From: Octopus sinensis
Lineage: Eukaryota
DNA: 64,000 nucleotides
Assembly (NCBI RefSeq): GCF_006345805.1
Contig: NW_021833079.1
Span: forward strand, 1 to 64,000
Direction of reading: 5' to 3'
The translations under genes were made by a program, and so were the position numbers. Below are positions 41,672 to 55,282 of this stretch, one piece after another. Below the pieces are notes generated by a model, which did no database searches, was not told where the DNA came from, and saw nothing but the letters and a program-made list of their open reading frames with translations. The first letter of the stretch is position 1. Each line of letters begins with the position of its first letter.

Positions 41672-42760
41672 TAGTGGTTCTCAACTTGGGGTCCGCGAGA
41701 AACTTCTGAATTTTTTATTTAAATTTTATTTTTTAATAATAATTAAATTTTTTTTGAGAAAATGAACAAAGAAACAAAAGCCAATCAAGGACTACCCACA
41801 GAGAGAATTGAGAAACTGTTCCCCTTAAGGACAGCAATTGAGACACGCTCAAAGAACCGTTTGAGCTCGCGGAGGTCGTTTCTAATTCTTCGAGGTGATG
41901 GCCTTTCTGGGTGAGGAAACGAAGAGTTGATGGTTCTAGCGTTCCTGGGGTTTTGACTGACACTGGTTCGAAGATGAATCTGTTAGAGAGGGATCCGTAT
42001 TTTTCGGTTTTGCAAACCTCCGCTTTCGTCGCCGCTGTGCCAGCTTCGATCAAGGACGCAAGAAGGCATGGTGACGTAAAAGTGTCAGAGCATGTCCCAG
42101 GCGATCACTTTACTGGAAGAGCGAAACGCTGTCTGGCCTCTTGCCATCTTCTCTGTTGAGACCAAAGGGCTCCAGCCGGCACGGGATGCTGATTGTCTCT
42201 AGTAGGCGTTTTAGTATTCTGTTTGGCGTGCTTGGGGATTCTCCTAAGGCTTTTAGAGCAAGAGAGCGGGTGTAGACCTTTGCGGTTAAGCAAGTTATTG
42301 ATATGAATTCGTCTCATGTTACTAAGATATGTAAATATAATCTTGATTATATCAAATATATGTTTACTTGTATTGAAAAAGATGAAGGCTAAAATGTGTT
42401 GTTTATATGAAAATTTTGTCAAACAATAGTATACAACAGACAACCCTTGTATGACCCTTGCATACATGTCATCCCCACCTGATCTATAAAAATAAATTTT
42501 GTTTAATTCTTTGCATCAAAAAATGAAGAATCAAGTATTGAATCGTTTCATACAAACTCTGTCGACAATTCTATGCTTTTAGCATGATTTCATTACGTAT
42601 AGCTAAAGAAAAGAAACCTCACAATTTTGCCGAAAAACCGATTCTTCCTTGTAAAGACTTAGTGCGTACTCTTATTGACACTCATGGTGAAAATATGATT
42701 TCGGTATACCACTGTCGAATAATACTGTTCAACATTTAAAACCCCAACCAACCCAGACTG
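41672..42760 (+). mobile_element. hAT/Buster remnant interrupted by a CRE-like insertion
   Basis: Terminus tagtggttctcaacttggggtc; remnant IAKEKKPHNFAEKPILPCKDLV...LSNNTVQ at 42590-42740. Confidence 0.65.
41750..42180 (-). mobile_element. CRE-like RLE 3' fragment with A-rich tail
   Basis: AATKAEVCKTEKYGSLSNRFIFEPVSVKT.G...FERVSIAVLRGNSFSI. Confidence 0.75.
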
Positions 42761-43686
42761 TTTAGAACAAGAGAAGGGAACAGAGTTAGTGAACTTTAGA
42801 GAAGCATTCATGGATGTGAGGTAGCATGGTAAATAAAAGTCATCACAACTGGGAAAATCAATTCTCCAGAATGGAAACTTCGCCTGTAGAACGAGTTCAA
42901 AATCAATTTTAGCAAACAAGATAATCAATAGCTTTTTATAATTAATTAAGTAATCTGAGTGAAAAAGGGACTGGATTCCACAAACCTCACTCCCCTGTTT
43001 TTTTATTTTCCCTTTTTTTGTAAACTTTAAAAAACTGCAGTCGCTTCCAGCTTGATTAAATATTTAGTATAAATTAGTTTTTAACTAGAGCGTCTGCTTT
43101 CAGTCGATTTTCCTTTTCTTCGACCCCTAGCCAATGTCTTCGGCGGGCACACTTATCCATTTTATAGGGAAGGCTACTTTTGTGGTTTTTCTCGAGTCCG
43201 ACTCACTCGGAAAGCTTTTTCCGTCGCTGGCTTTGCAACCCAAACTTATTTTCGAGATGACCACAGAGTGGATGTAAGCTCGTATGAGTTTCTTCGAGAC
43301 CAATTAGTCGCAGTGATGTTTATAAAATTTACTCACAGCACTGTTACACGTTAGTATCAGTGGTAATATTGTTACGTGTGCGTAGTGGATTACTCCCAGT
43401 TCACTAGGAAGCAAATCTTACTTATGGAGCTTTTTCAACTCGACTTGCTTTAGGTTTTTTTAATACATACAAATACTTAGGATAAACATGACTTAATCCA
43501 AAAATAAGTTGAGTTATCATTTTTCCTTTATTATAAATTTAATTGTTTAAAGTTATATTTATTATAAGTTATTATGTTTAAAATTTAATTATTTTTTTAA
43601 ATCAAATTATTCGGTCGTGAATATTTTTGTGGTAATAAATAGTTTATTAATGGTTATTAGCTACAGTGGTTTGATGATCAAATATT

Positions 43687-44864
43687 ATGCTAAGATTTCT
43701 TCATATATTTCATAAAGTCAGATTATCAAGAAATATAAGACCGATTCCAATAGAACATGTGCATTTGAATTATGAAAACCAAAAAATACATGATCCAGAA
43801 ATTCGTGCGTTTTTGCACCAAATAAATAAAAACAACAATTATTCAATTCCAAATCATATTCCAATAACTTATAGTGGTACAAATGATATAAAAATACTGA
43901 CAAAAATACTATTAAAATTAGGTAAATCTCGATTAACAAGTATTTTTACTATTATTCATATTTTGGCCTCGTCGTCCTGACCCAAATGGTTGGATATCTT
44001 GTGGCCTGTGACGCCATCAATTTATCAACACTTGCGCTTACATCCCTGGGTACCTTTCTCACATCTTCTTCTGCTGCTTCGCTAAACCAAGTAATATTCC
44101 TAGAAAATAGCCCGTCATTTAGCTCTTGGAAATACCTTTTGACTCTCAAATGAATCGAACTAAGGACAGAGTTCTTGTTCAGTCTAATATTTCGTATTTT
44201 TTGGTCATTTCTAGAACATTTAGACCAGAGGGGACGCTAGCATTTGCTCTGGCGACTGGAATTAGTGGAATTGTTATTCTCTCAACTCTTGTTAGTTCGG
44301 CGACTGCTATGTTGGCTTTTGGAAATCTAATTCTTTATTCATTCATATATACGCCGATGAAGAGATACAGTGTGGCTAATACATTTGTTGGCTCATTCGT
44401 GGGAGCAATTCCTCCAATAATTGGATGGCATGCTGCTACAGGGAGTTTTGATTCTGGTTTAGACTTTTGGGGTGATTTTAGGTTGCTTTGTGCTTGGGGC
44501 AATTTTATACTTTTGGCAACTTCCTCATTTTAATTCTCTGAGTTGGAATTATAAGGAAGATTATTCTTTGGGTGGGTATAGACTGATGTCTTTTCTGTAT
44601 CCCGATAAGTGCAGGGCCACATCTTTGAGGCACAGTTGCTATTTGGCAATTACATGTCTTGTTGCACCGATTATGGCTTGTGGTAATGCCTATTTTTCTG
44701 TTTTGAGCTGCCCTTTGAATGTTTATTTAATTTATTTGTCTCATCGGTTTTATAAAAATCCAACTCGGGGGACTTCAAGAAAACTATTTTTCTTTTCGTT
44801 GGGTCATTTGCCGTTATTATTGTTGGTTCTTACGCTAACAAAATACATTCATTTTGGGATGTAG
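43687..44864 (+). CDS. COX10: Protoheme IX farnesyltransferase (heme O synthase); 4 introns, the first requiring GT-TG (43940-43965)
   Basis: KSRLT|SLVVLT, SAASLNQ, FDSQMNRTKDRVL, YTPMKR, VGAIPPIIGW, WQLPHFNSL, YSLGGYRLM, RKLFFFSL. Confidence 0.92.
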
Positions 44865-45109
44865 TGAATTAACAGATTTTGAGTTTTTTAATAATTTATA
44901 TACTTTAATTACTTTTCTTATGCTGTGATTGAGTTTCAAAACAAAGATATATCTGAAAAACCGAATATTAAATTAATAAAAACTGATTTGTGGTATTTTC
45001 CAAAAAATTAAAAATATCTAATTAAAGAACGAGATTATTAGTTATATAAACCAGGATTACATTCGTATTTTGTTCAACACCAATACCACTTTAAAAAAGG
45101 ACAAATTAA

Positions 45110-45290
45110 TCATGTGATCCCGATGCACATAATCCCAGCAATTTCATCTTCACCCGGTAATCTTTCCACGAGTTCACATACGACCGCACCAGGTGGCTAG
45201 TCAGTTTTGCAGCGACGTAGACCGGCATTCTGGAGTTCAGATTAATCGAGTTGTTTAGAGGATTCCAACCGGGGCGTCTGTTTCATACAT
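45110..45290 (-). mobile_element. Diverged LINE 3' fragment related to 21960-22130
   Basis: Shared .a.gtga.cccgatgcac, tcatcttc.c.c.gt.atctttccacgag, gaccgcacc/gatcgcacc. Confidence 0.65.
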
Positions 45291-45414
45291 TGGTATTAAA
45301 TTCTTCTTACTGATTAGAAATTTTTCTATAAAAATATCAAAATATTTTTTTAATCTGATTAACCATTTAAATTAGAAAACAGACATTAAAAGAAAAAAAT
45401 CAGGAAATTTGAGC

Positions 45415-46993
45415 CTAATCACAGGGATGTAGTTTGAAAGTGAAGTACGTGGGTTCACTTACAATTTTTCTAACATTCATTTTTATTTTTGATGGTGTAA
45501 CAATACGATCTGAATAGTCCTCACTGATTAAGAAATTCTGCAAATGTCCAGTAATTTCTTCACTTGCATCATTTTTTTCACTTTTTGATAAAACTGATTC
45601 TATTTTAATATTGTAATGTTCAAACAAACGAATTTTTTCAAAATGAATTGTTGCCAAATGAAATATAATTGTAGTTAACTGTTTTGTTTGAATTCCGCAC
45701 ATATTGCAATTGTATACCTTTTTAAAGTTATACGTAGTTATATTGTATAGTTTTGCAGTCGCATAAATTGTTTCTTAATTATTATTTGAGTGTAAATGTA
45801 TATTTACTTTTTTGGACTCCGTTCATGTTTATTATATAATTTCCATTATCCATGTCTTTACTCTTGTTGATCATTTTTATCGTGTCAAACTCAACAGACT
45901 GGCACTCCAAATTATTATTCGGACTATTTACTATTTCTTGATTGAAAATATTCTCCTTTGATATTCCATGGCGGTTTTTCATATGTTTTTTTAAAAAATA
46001 TTTATTGCATACCTCTTTTCCGCATTCTTCGCACTGTACTCTCATTGAAAAATTAATTTCACTATTTGTTTTCTTTTGTGGCTTCATTAAATCTGTGAAA
46101 ATGTTTTCTGTTTTAACCACAGGTTCTATGAAAATATTTTTGTCACAATAAGTATTCTGCTCAAGTGACTCGTTTGTATCAGATTTGTTTATTTCCTAAA
46201 TTAGTTTAGTAAAAAATTGATTTAATTATATTTAATGAATTAACTTAAAAATAGATTTTTAATTAAGAAATACATTTTTAGTTTGAGTCGTCTTCCAAGA
46301 AAAATCATTGTCAATATCTAAATATTTATTACATTATTAAATCATTGTAGAATCGCTATTTTGTGCTATATAAATTGTAAATTATACTATAAACAATTAA
46401 AAAACCAATTAATTATTTAAAAAACTGCTGCGATTTTCTTGTTGACTTGAACAAGTAGCTGCATGCAAATTACCTCTATTCTCACTGTCATTTTTTAAAC
46501 CATGTTTATTTCTGCAATGTTCGCGAAAAAAATATTTATTACAGTATTGTCGATCACATATTTTGCAATATGCGTCTGTATTAATAGTTTTTTCGTACTT
46601 GAAATTTGTATTTGGTGAAAAATTTGAAAAATTAGGAATTGGTAAAACAAATGGAAAATATAATGGATAAGGTATAGGCGAATTATGCAAAAACTGATTG
46701 AAATTTGTAATTGTTTCAGTAGTAACTGATTCAGGAATTTCCATTGATTTTAAATTTGAATTTTTCACCTTTTCAGTTAGAGAATCAGTTTCAGTGGAAA
46801 GGCATTGTTCATTGTTTTTATTATTTTCTAGAACTTCACTGTCTTGTAAAAAAGTATCAGACATTATATTAAAACTATAAAAATTGTCTGTCGTTCTGTT
46901 AATATGTTTCTTAAACAAAATATTACCGATATTATGAAATAAATAGTTCGTCAATATAAAATCACTTGAAACTATCTTACTTAAATATGTCAA
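45415..46993 (-). CDS. C2H2 zinc-finger protein (CxxC..CNKYF..H...H type); middle exon structure unresolved
   Basis: CKICDRQYCNKYFFREHCRNKH; CEECGKEVCNKYFLKKHMKNRH; CNMCG...HLATIH. Confidence 0.75.
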
Positions 46994-47929
46994 TTTTATA
47001 AATGATTAATAAACTACTAAATATATTAACTTCAATAAACAATCGTTATAAGCAGAAAATCAATGTGATTTTATGAGTTACTGTGTCGAAGGTAAATGGA
47101 ACGTTATCGATAAAAGTTGGTCGAACCAAAAGAATCAACAAAAAACATTTATATAGTTTCAATATTTTAGAAAGGTTTTTTTAAATGAAAAAATGTAAAA
47201 AAACCGATCGAGATATACCTACAGCACATGCCCACTGTTGGACTGTGACGAATTATTAAAAAAATAATTTTTTAAACCGCGTGTCTCATTTGTAACATGA
47301 GTAAGTGACTATCTTAGGATCCAAAAAGAAAAATTATAAATTATTTTATTAATAACTTTTTTCTAAGTTTAAGGCGTTTTCCAGAAATGTTTATACCACG
47401 TTTCAAAAGATTAATTTCGCGAAGTAAAATTAACGATCTTAAATTAAACAAAAAGAAGATTCTTAGAATCAATCCAATTTATGTGAGAAATTGTGGTTTT
47501 CCGAAACATAGATATTCATTAATTGATTCTGAAATGAGTACCCGAATAAATTGTATGGAGTCTATTCAAGTTTGCTTCAATGATGATATAATTTTATCGA
47601 AAGCAACTAAAATTGCTGCGTTAAACGAATTTTTAAATGAATTGTTAAAAATTGTGTAATTTTTTTTAAAAAGTCGCCAAAATGGTGAGCAATCAAGGGA
47701 AAACTGTATTACTTTATAGGTTGACTTAACAAAGGATATAAAGGTAACTAATAGGGAAAAAATTAAAGGAAACTATATAAAAATTGTTCATTTCTTCGAC
47801 TTTTTAACTTAAATTCGCAAAACAATTTGTATTTGTTGTTACAAATTAAAATTAATGAATTTGTAGAGATTATTCTCACTATATCAATCTGAAAAATAAA
47901 CCAAGTCCAGTTGGAATAATAAATCAGAA

Positions 47930-48280
47930 TTATAAACTATTATAAAGCACTTTCTGCATAGCCGAAACACGTAATCCAACGTGCAAATCATACAGTATTA
48001 CAAAAGCAAGCGAAAAAATTAATGATGTAATTAATCCTAATTGAAGAGTGAGGTCCGAATTGAGGAATGGGATTTCTTGTTTTTGAAATATCCTTTTATT
48101 GAAATGCGGCTGTCGCAGACTGGGAAAATCATGACGTCCCATCTGAAAACTAACTATTTTTTGGAATTCTCGTGTGATGAGACGTCTATGACGGAGTCAT
48201 TTGTCAAATCCGAACGGAGCTTCCGGCATAGACAGGCTCTAGGATTCAAACCCTGGACCAGGATAGTAGGCGACAGATAC
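47930..48280 (-). CDS. Possible small membrane protein, unassigned
   Basis: ORF with a hydrophobic stretch LGLITSLIFSLAFVILY and a plausible upstream exon; no recognised family. Confidence 0.25.
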
Positions 48281-49369
48281 ATTAACGATTTAATTAATTT
48301 TTAAATATTTAGCTTTTAAACTCTTTTTAAATCATTACACTGATTTTATTTGTAACAATAAAAAAAAATTGCTCATATTAATTAGTGAACAGATTGACTT
48401 AGAAAAGTAATTTAAATTTTCCGAATATTTTTTAAAAAATTTTCAATACAACGTGATTCCTACAGTTAAAAAATAATTGTCTGAGTTGTCAAATTAAATT
48501 AAAATTTCCTATCAAGATTAAAAAATTTGATATTGTGTCTCAGCATGTATTGTCTTATAGTAGTATCTGAAGTGGTAGTCTGCTGAGGAAATTAATTTAT
48601 ATTTTTTCTTTTTCTCAGATTAGGTTCTCAAGACATAAGGAAAGAAATCTTCGAATTTCTTGATTTTAAATGGTCAAGTTTGTAGGATTTGAAATGAATT
48701 GGTTTTTGATATTTTTGATTCTAAATTAATTTACTGTGAAAGGCGGTAGTAGTTGATGCTCTTTGGATAAGTTGTTATCATAAATTTTTAAATGTCAGGA
48801 TGGCTTATCTAATTCTCTAAAGATAGATCTGTTTATTTTTAGCTTTCTGTAATATCTCATTCGAGATGTAGAAAGAAATAATAATTAGTGTTGTGGGTAA
48901 TTTTTATTTTTAAGTTTTTTAAAAGGACGATTCAGGTTTTTAAAGAATATTCAAAAATATTTATTATTGATGGAGAAAGAAATTAAATCTACTAACAGCC
49001 TTTTTAAATAAATATTTTTCTTCTTTCTTCTAAAATTGATATTATCCAAAAATCAAAATTATTCGAAATCGTTAATATGACTTTTATTGTCGCCTAAAAA
49101 AGCCAAACAAATCACTATAAAGTCTAACTTCTTTTAGGGGCATCTAGTACTCTAAAAACATGGGTTTCTAAAAATTTTATAAGGGTTGCATTAAAATTTT
49201 TTTATAAGGGTTGCACTAAAAACCTCAAAAATATATTTGTAATCTATTTCAGTATGTCAATGGACTAGAATCTAAAAATCGAGATGTCGGAGAATTCCAA
49301 ATCAAAATAAAACTCAAAATGGAATAAACGAAAATCGTATCTAATTTTTTTATATAATATAGTTTAGAC

Positions 49370-51400
49370 CAGCGGTTCTCAACCTGGGGTCGAAAATCAG
49401 CCCAGATCAATCGTAATGGGGTCGAAAATAAATTTAATAATTTTTTCATTTTAAATTAAGTTAGTTTATTTTTAAAGTGGTAAACCTTTGTTTTTTAAAG
49501 TTTTTAAAATTACAATGCTAGTATTTGTTCTTGTATGAATCGTCCGTCTACATTAAAAAATCGTCAATATAAAAATGAATTTTTGGCATTTGGATTTATA
49601 AAAAATTCCTTTGATAATAGACCATACTGCTTACTGTGTAATAAGTCATTATCAAATGATGAAATGAAACCGTCCAAATTGTTTAATTATCTTAGGAGAA
49701 AACATTCGGATAAAAAAGATAGACCATTTGAGTACTTTGTATTCTCTTTGCAAACAAAAAACGATTGACACTGTTTTTACAAATATTAATGAAAGAAACA
49801 ATTGTTATTATTTAAAATTATATATAGGAAGACTAATTGCATCCTATAAAATTGCAATGATTATTGCCAAAAATGAGAGTTCCCACGTTTTTGGTGAAAA
49901 TCTCATCAAACCATTTATATCAGTGATTCTATTAGATCTGATGGGTTTAAATCCTGACGAAATTTTAAAATCTGTTGAAACTAATACTACTGGATTTTCT
50001 ATTTTTTCTGTAGTCAAATTATTTTTGGATGAGAAAAAGATTCCATATGAAAATTTGGTTGCTTGCTCCACCGATGGTGCAATGTTTATGGTTGGGAAGT
50101 ATAAAGGATTTGCAGCATATTTGAAAAATTGTCCTAATGTGATTCATATACATTGCGTTCTACATAGATACCATTTGATTTCAAAAGCTCTTTCACCAAT
50201 TCTACATGAAACGTTAAATATAGTTATAAAACCATCAACAAAATTAAAGTAAACAGCATGTATGATTGTCTTTATAGAAAATTTTGCTATGAGGATAAAG
50301 AAACATTATGTCCGTCTTGTGCCTCACACTGAGGTTATAGTTTCCAATTTTATAGGTGCGATGGTTATCAGATAAAAATGCATTAGAACGATTTTTAATA
50401 TTATTTGACACAATCGTGAATTTTCTAGCTTCTAAGGGTAACAAAAATGTAGCAGATTTAATTGTATCGAAAAGGAAAGAAATTGTTTATTTGACGTGGA
50501 TTTTTGGAAAATTTAATGAAATTTCATTAAAACTTCAGGGAAAGTATGTGACTTTAATAGATTGTAAAAGAATTATTCAAATATTTGTCGAAAAAATAAA
50601 GTTATATAAATATAACTTGAAAAAGAAATTATTATAATATTCCCGAATTCCAATCAATTTTTCAAACATTTGATGATGAAGATATTAACTTTTTGCAACA
50701 TTTATTCAGTATAGAAAAGATTTGATTCCACGATTCCAAAATATTCTTGAATTATAAATTCCATTCTGGATGATTAATCCTTTTTTGTCGAAGCCAGAAG
50801 AAAAAGAAAATATTCAAGAGAAATTAATCACTTAAAATTCAATCCAGAATTAAAACTATATTATGATGATCCACAAACGTCAATTATTTTTTCCAAAATA
50901 TCAAAGTGAAAGAGACTTATCCAAAATTGTGGAACGAAATAGCACAATTGCTACTCTATTTTCCAACATCATACTGTGTTGAATGTGGATTTACCATTCT
51001 ACATCGAATTGTAAATAAAGAAAGAAACAGGTTGGATGTGTCCATTGGAGGATATATTCGTTTAAAAATAACATAAATAGAGTCAGATATCGAATCTTTG
51101 GTCAAAAAACATCAGTCACGAGGGTTCCATTGGTATTTAATTTTTATTTATTATAGATTTATGCTAAAATTCTGACTTAACATCGAGTTTTTTCATTGAG
51201 TTTTGTTTGATTTGATTATTAATAATGAATTCATTTTAGATAGTTAGTTAACTAATTTTACTTAGTATTGTCTGTTGTATATAAAAATATCACTTAACAT
51301 TGTCTGTTGAATATAAAAATATTATCTAATATTGTCTGTTGTATACAAAAATATTATTTAATATTGTCTGTTGATGATGTTTAGAATTAATAAAATAAAT
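49370..51400 (+). mobile_element. hAT/Buster (ZBED5/SCAND3-like) transposon; transposase degraded, right end not found
   Basis: Terminus cagcggttctcaacctggggtc after gtttagac (nnnTAnnn); YCLLC...MKPSKL, STDGA, HCVLHR, EVRWLS, FPTSYCVECGF. Confidence 0.88.
51267..51375. repeat. About 32-bp tandem repeat (attgtctgttg.atataaaaatat), about 3.4 copies, probably subterminal repeats of the hAT element
   Basis: attgtctgttg occurs four times at about 32-nt spacing. Confidence 0.8.
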
Positions 51401-51619
51401 TATTTCTCATTTTAATTTACAAAAATAAGCAGAAAATAGATGTGTATAAATTTAAATATTCATTTGTACTGGAAAATTAAAACAGATAGATAGGATTTGA
51501 AAGTTATAATACATCAGTTGCACTAAGAAGTTAGAAATGCGTTCATTAGATGTTGTAAATATAACAAAAATTATATTCATATAGTTAAGATGCTCAAAGT
51601 GAATTTATATTCCTTATTC

Positions 51620-51690
51620 AAAGGATCTTGCTGGCTGTTTTACGCGGGAATTGTCTTTCAATCCTGCGAGCTAGATAAAAAAAATTTAAC
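51620..51690 (+). mobile_element. Very short CRE-like 3' end
   Basis: ggatcttgctggctgttttacgcgggaattgtctttcaatcctgcgagc is nearly identical to 59736-59785; A-rich tail. Confidence 0.7.
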
Positions 51691-52037
51691 AATTTCCATT
51701 AAATAAATTATATATGTTAAGATGCTACTGAATAAAAATTTTAATTATTGCAGAGAAATCTAGAGCTTTTAAATATTTAATATTTTGAAAAAATAAAAAT
51801 TTGACGATTTTTATCAACGTTTTTGACTAGATATTAATGTTTGTGAGTAACAAATTATAGTTAAAAATGTGAGTAACAAATTATAGTTAAAATCTGTATT
51901 CTATTTAAGTCTCAACAATCCATTATTCATAAATATTCAATTCATGAAATTCTTCGATTAAACTCAGAATTCAACGAAAGTAGCAAACTAACCTCAATTT
52001 TTCCAAAAACTATAAATCAATTTTTATTCCAAAATCA

Positions 52038-52654
52038 TTAAAGAACAGAACAACAATGATTGCGTTTATCAGACTTTTCGATACGTTTATTTGCCCTGAT
52101 TAACCTCACAAGTTCAATAAATGCCTAAATCACATTCAACAAGCCAGATCAACCCTATCGACATTCTGAGCTGTTTTTGCTGAAGTTTCAAAAACAGGAA
52201 CATTGAGAGTATCTGGAATCTTCCATGATGATTTAAGGTCACATTTATTCCCGACTATAACAACTGGCATAGTTTTAGGACTGTGATATTGCTGGATTCG
52301 GGAGTAAAGAGATTGAGCCCATTCAAAGGTCTGTGGTTCTGCCAATGAGTAGACCAGTAGAAATCCATCTCCCTTCCTCATGTACATCTCATAGACACTA
52401 TAAAATTGTTCGGTCCCGGCAGTGTCGAGGATCTCGAGGCAGCATTCTCGATTGTCAATTACTATAATAGATTTATTTAAATATAATTATTTACTTTTTT
52501 TCCTGCAATAAGAATCTTCTATTGTCGGGTCGTATTTATGAACAAATATTTCTTGTGTAAATCGAATGGTCTGTAAAAGTTTAAACATAATTACGACCAG
52601 TGCACTTTTCCCAACACCTCCACTTCCCATGACCACAATATTATGCTCTTCCAT
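52038..52654 (-). CDS. RAP: Rap-subfamily small GTPase; 3 introns (27, 33, 29 nt)
   Basis: [27 protein letters not shown] (Thr61, Rap signature), GNKCDL, ETSAK, C-terminal CCSVL CAAX box. Confidence 0.88.
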
Positions 52655-53029
52655 TATAATCTTGAATAAGCTCACAGAAAACCAACCTTACACTTCTATT
52701 ACTTCATAATCCCGCTACTCCTTTAGAAATCACAGGTGGTATGTCGTAAAACAATAGACTGGTATTAATCAATAAATTCTATTGTTTTATTATTCAATTA
52801 CGACGTCGTTAAAGTGGTATATTCTACATTCTTTGTTACAGTAAGATTCTTTTGAATAGACTAATTTATGACACATTCTTAACATAATTAAATATATATT
52901 TTTATTTAATAAAATACAGTAAATGTATCATTATTTGATTAATGATTCCTAAGCCAAAAATAAAATGAATTTTGATATTAATAATTATTTAGTTTTCGTA
53001 AATTCTAGTATTTTGTTAATTAACCTCCT

Positions 53030-53530
53030 CTTCTTAGGGCCTACGTTCACTGCACGAATGGGCAGTTTTTGGATAGTTGCAGTAGCTGTATTTATTCTCT
53101 CCATTATTAAAAACGATTTTCGGTCTTGCAGTAGGCACAGACTTGCTTCAATCAAAGAGGAATTGTTTCCAGTGATCAGTCATCCACAAGATTCATTAAC
53201 ATCAACTTCAGTATTTTTCAGACATTGCAACAAAACAGAGTGCATTGGCTTTGTTTCGATTTTTTCCATAACCGGGTTCCATCACTATTTTCAGAAATTT
53301 TCCGTTGAGCATTCGGGTTAAAGGGTCTATTAACAACACAAATATCAGAGGTGAAAGAGAATCTCCGTGTAGTATACCTCTATTTATTTTAACTTTTCCC
53401 TATGTTCTGTTTCCCAAATTCATACTGATTTTCGACTACAGTCATTTAGTTCTTTCCGACTTTATTCTTGCCAAGAGCATAAAATATTCAATCAAGTTTA
53501 GTCTTTATTTTTATTTATTGATTAAAGACC
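53030..53530 (-). mobile_element. R4/Dong-like RT fragment
   Basis: KINRGILHGDSLSPLIFVLLIDPLTRMLN. Confidence 0.65.
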
Positions 53531-53995
53531 AAACACGGGCAAAGCCAGTTAATTGTGTTATTCCCGTGATCGCCGATCCAAACGAGGGAGATCCTTCTGA
53601 AAGGTTCGATCCTGGCCGCATGATCGGCCTGAGACGACGATGTCCCAGGGACGAAATAAAAATTTAGTCTTTAAACGAAATAAAAATTTATAAGATATAA
53701 TTAAATTAATGATTTTTTAATATAATTAAATTTGCAACTAAGTTAGATCAGATTTTTAATAACAGACTATTAATTTTTCTAAATTCTTTAAATAAATAGA
53801 GAATCCAAACAGAACTAAAAGAACCAAATTTAACTAGGACTACACTATTTAATTAAGGTTTTTACTCCTTATTGTTAGAAGTTATTTTCCTCATTTTAGA
53901 AGGAGAATTTACTACTACTCGCTCGCTCTCTAACTCTCCGCCGGACAAAGTTTTTATATGTCTCATAGCTTCAATTGACGTGTCCCGATAGCATG

Positions 53996-55280
53996 TCAGT
54001 TCCACAAGTTGGTCGGTAGCAGAGGTGTTTCTTCACCAGATACCCCCATCCCATGCTTTGGCTTAATTAACATACTTTCAAGAGTTCTTTTCAGTAAAAA
54101 ATTGGATGTAACTTTTGTTGTTTTTTCAATGGTTATTTTATCCATGTAATATGTAAAGCATTTCGAGACAACTCCGTCCCACTTCAAACCCACCGGAATA
54201 GTTTTCACCTGCATCATAAAGTATTGACAGTTCATCTGCCAATACGTCATATCATATTCATGGAATTTCTCGATTTCGACTTCTTGGAGGCTGTTTTGTG
54301 ATGTAATGCTCACCTCAATTAAAATAATTGTTTGCTTTATTTTATCAAAGCCACAAATATCAGGCTTTTTATATTGGACTCTTGTCTCTGTAATAATTGA
54401 CATATTAGCTCGGATTTCAACATTTTCCGTCGATATTATAGACTGAACCGAGTGAGCCTCTGTCTTTCTTCCACTCTTAATACTGTAGGCTGGGACCAAT
54501 ACTCCTTATTTAGGTACTGGCGATACTGTCTCCTCGTACCAAGTTGATTGTCGGGAATTAACCCAAATGCATCTACAGATAGTTTTCCATTAGCACATTT
54601 GGTAACTAACTTATAAAATGTCGGCATACATGTTAGTTATAGGGCCAAAATCTTTCAAGTGTCACAATCATTTTTTAGGGATTATGTATGTTATTCCATT
54701 ATAAAACAAGCTTTCGAGCATGTAATCCCCATTGATTATTTCAACATATAAAAATCCGTGGAAAGATTTGAATCTTTTAACAAAGAAATTATATACTCCG
54801 CCCACCCAGATGCCTTCCAATTAGGGAAATATTTAATGACTTCCATTATGTAACTATTCGTGAAATCTGGCAGCATATCTTCACCTTCGGTTGTTCTTTC
54901 ACCAACCAATTCGTGCCTTTTGCTCTAAACTTTTTACCCAAAACGACATAGATTTCTGATTGTCAAAAGCATATAACGTCTCTTCATTGTTGCCTGACAA
55001 ATTTCTGTAGAATCGTCTCTTGTTTAGTTCGAAGTAAACATTATCATTACGGAAGTTCTTCCTTGAGTTATACACAGATATTTGTTTTTTTTCAATTCTG
55101 ACTAGGTCATGCAGCGAAGATTAAATTTTCGAAAGTTTTCCTTTTTTGTCTTTTTATATTCGTAACAACATAGAACATGCACCACATTTTGTTTTTTACT
55201 TCAAGACATACCTTGCCTTTGTAACATTTACAAGTTCCAGTTCTGCAGATAATTTTGAAATCTTGACCACATTTTTAGTC
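53996..55280 (-). mobile_element. R4/Dong/NeSL-like RLE retrotransposon 3' part, degenerate
   Basis: HSVQSIISTENVEIR...KPDI...ILIEVSITSQNSLQEVEIEKFHEYD...KWDGVVSK...LLKRTLES. Confidence 0.75.
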
Positions 55281-55282
55281 CG

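Noticed and set aside
42659-42928. Minus-strand 89-aa ORF as a host gene
   Set aside because: It overlaps a plus-strand hAT transposase remnant and has no recognisable domain.
48215-48270. tRNA-like ggtttgaatcc T-loop on the minus strand
   Set aside because: No acceptor stem, D-arm or anticodon stem around it.
53625-53690. Hammerhead-like string ctgagacgacgat-gtcccagggac-gaaa
   Set aside because: The CUGANGA core is not intact and stems I and III do not form; more likely a retroelement 3' end with a duplicated acgaaataaaaattta tail.
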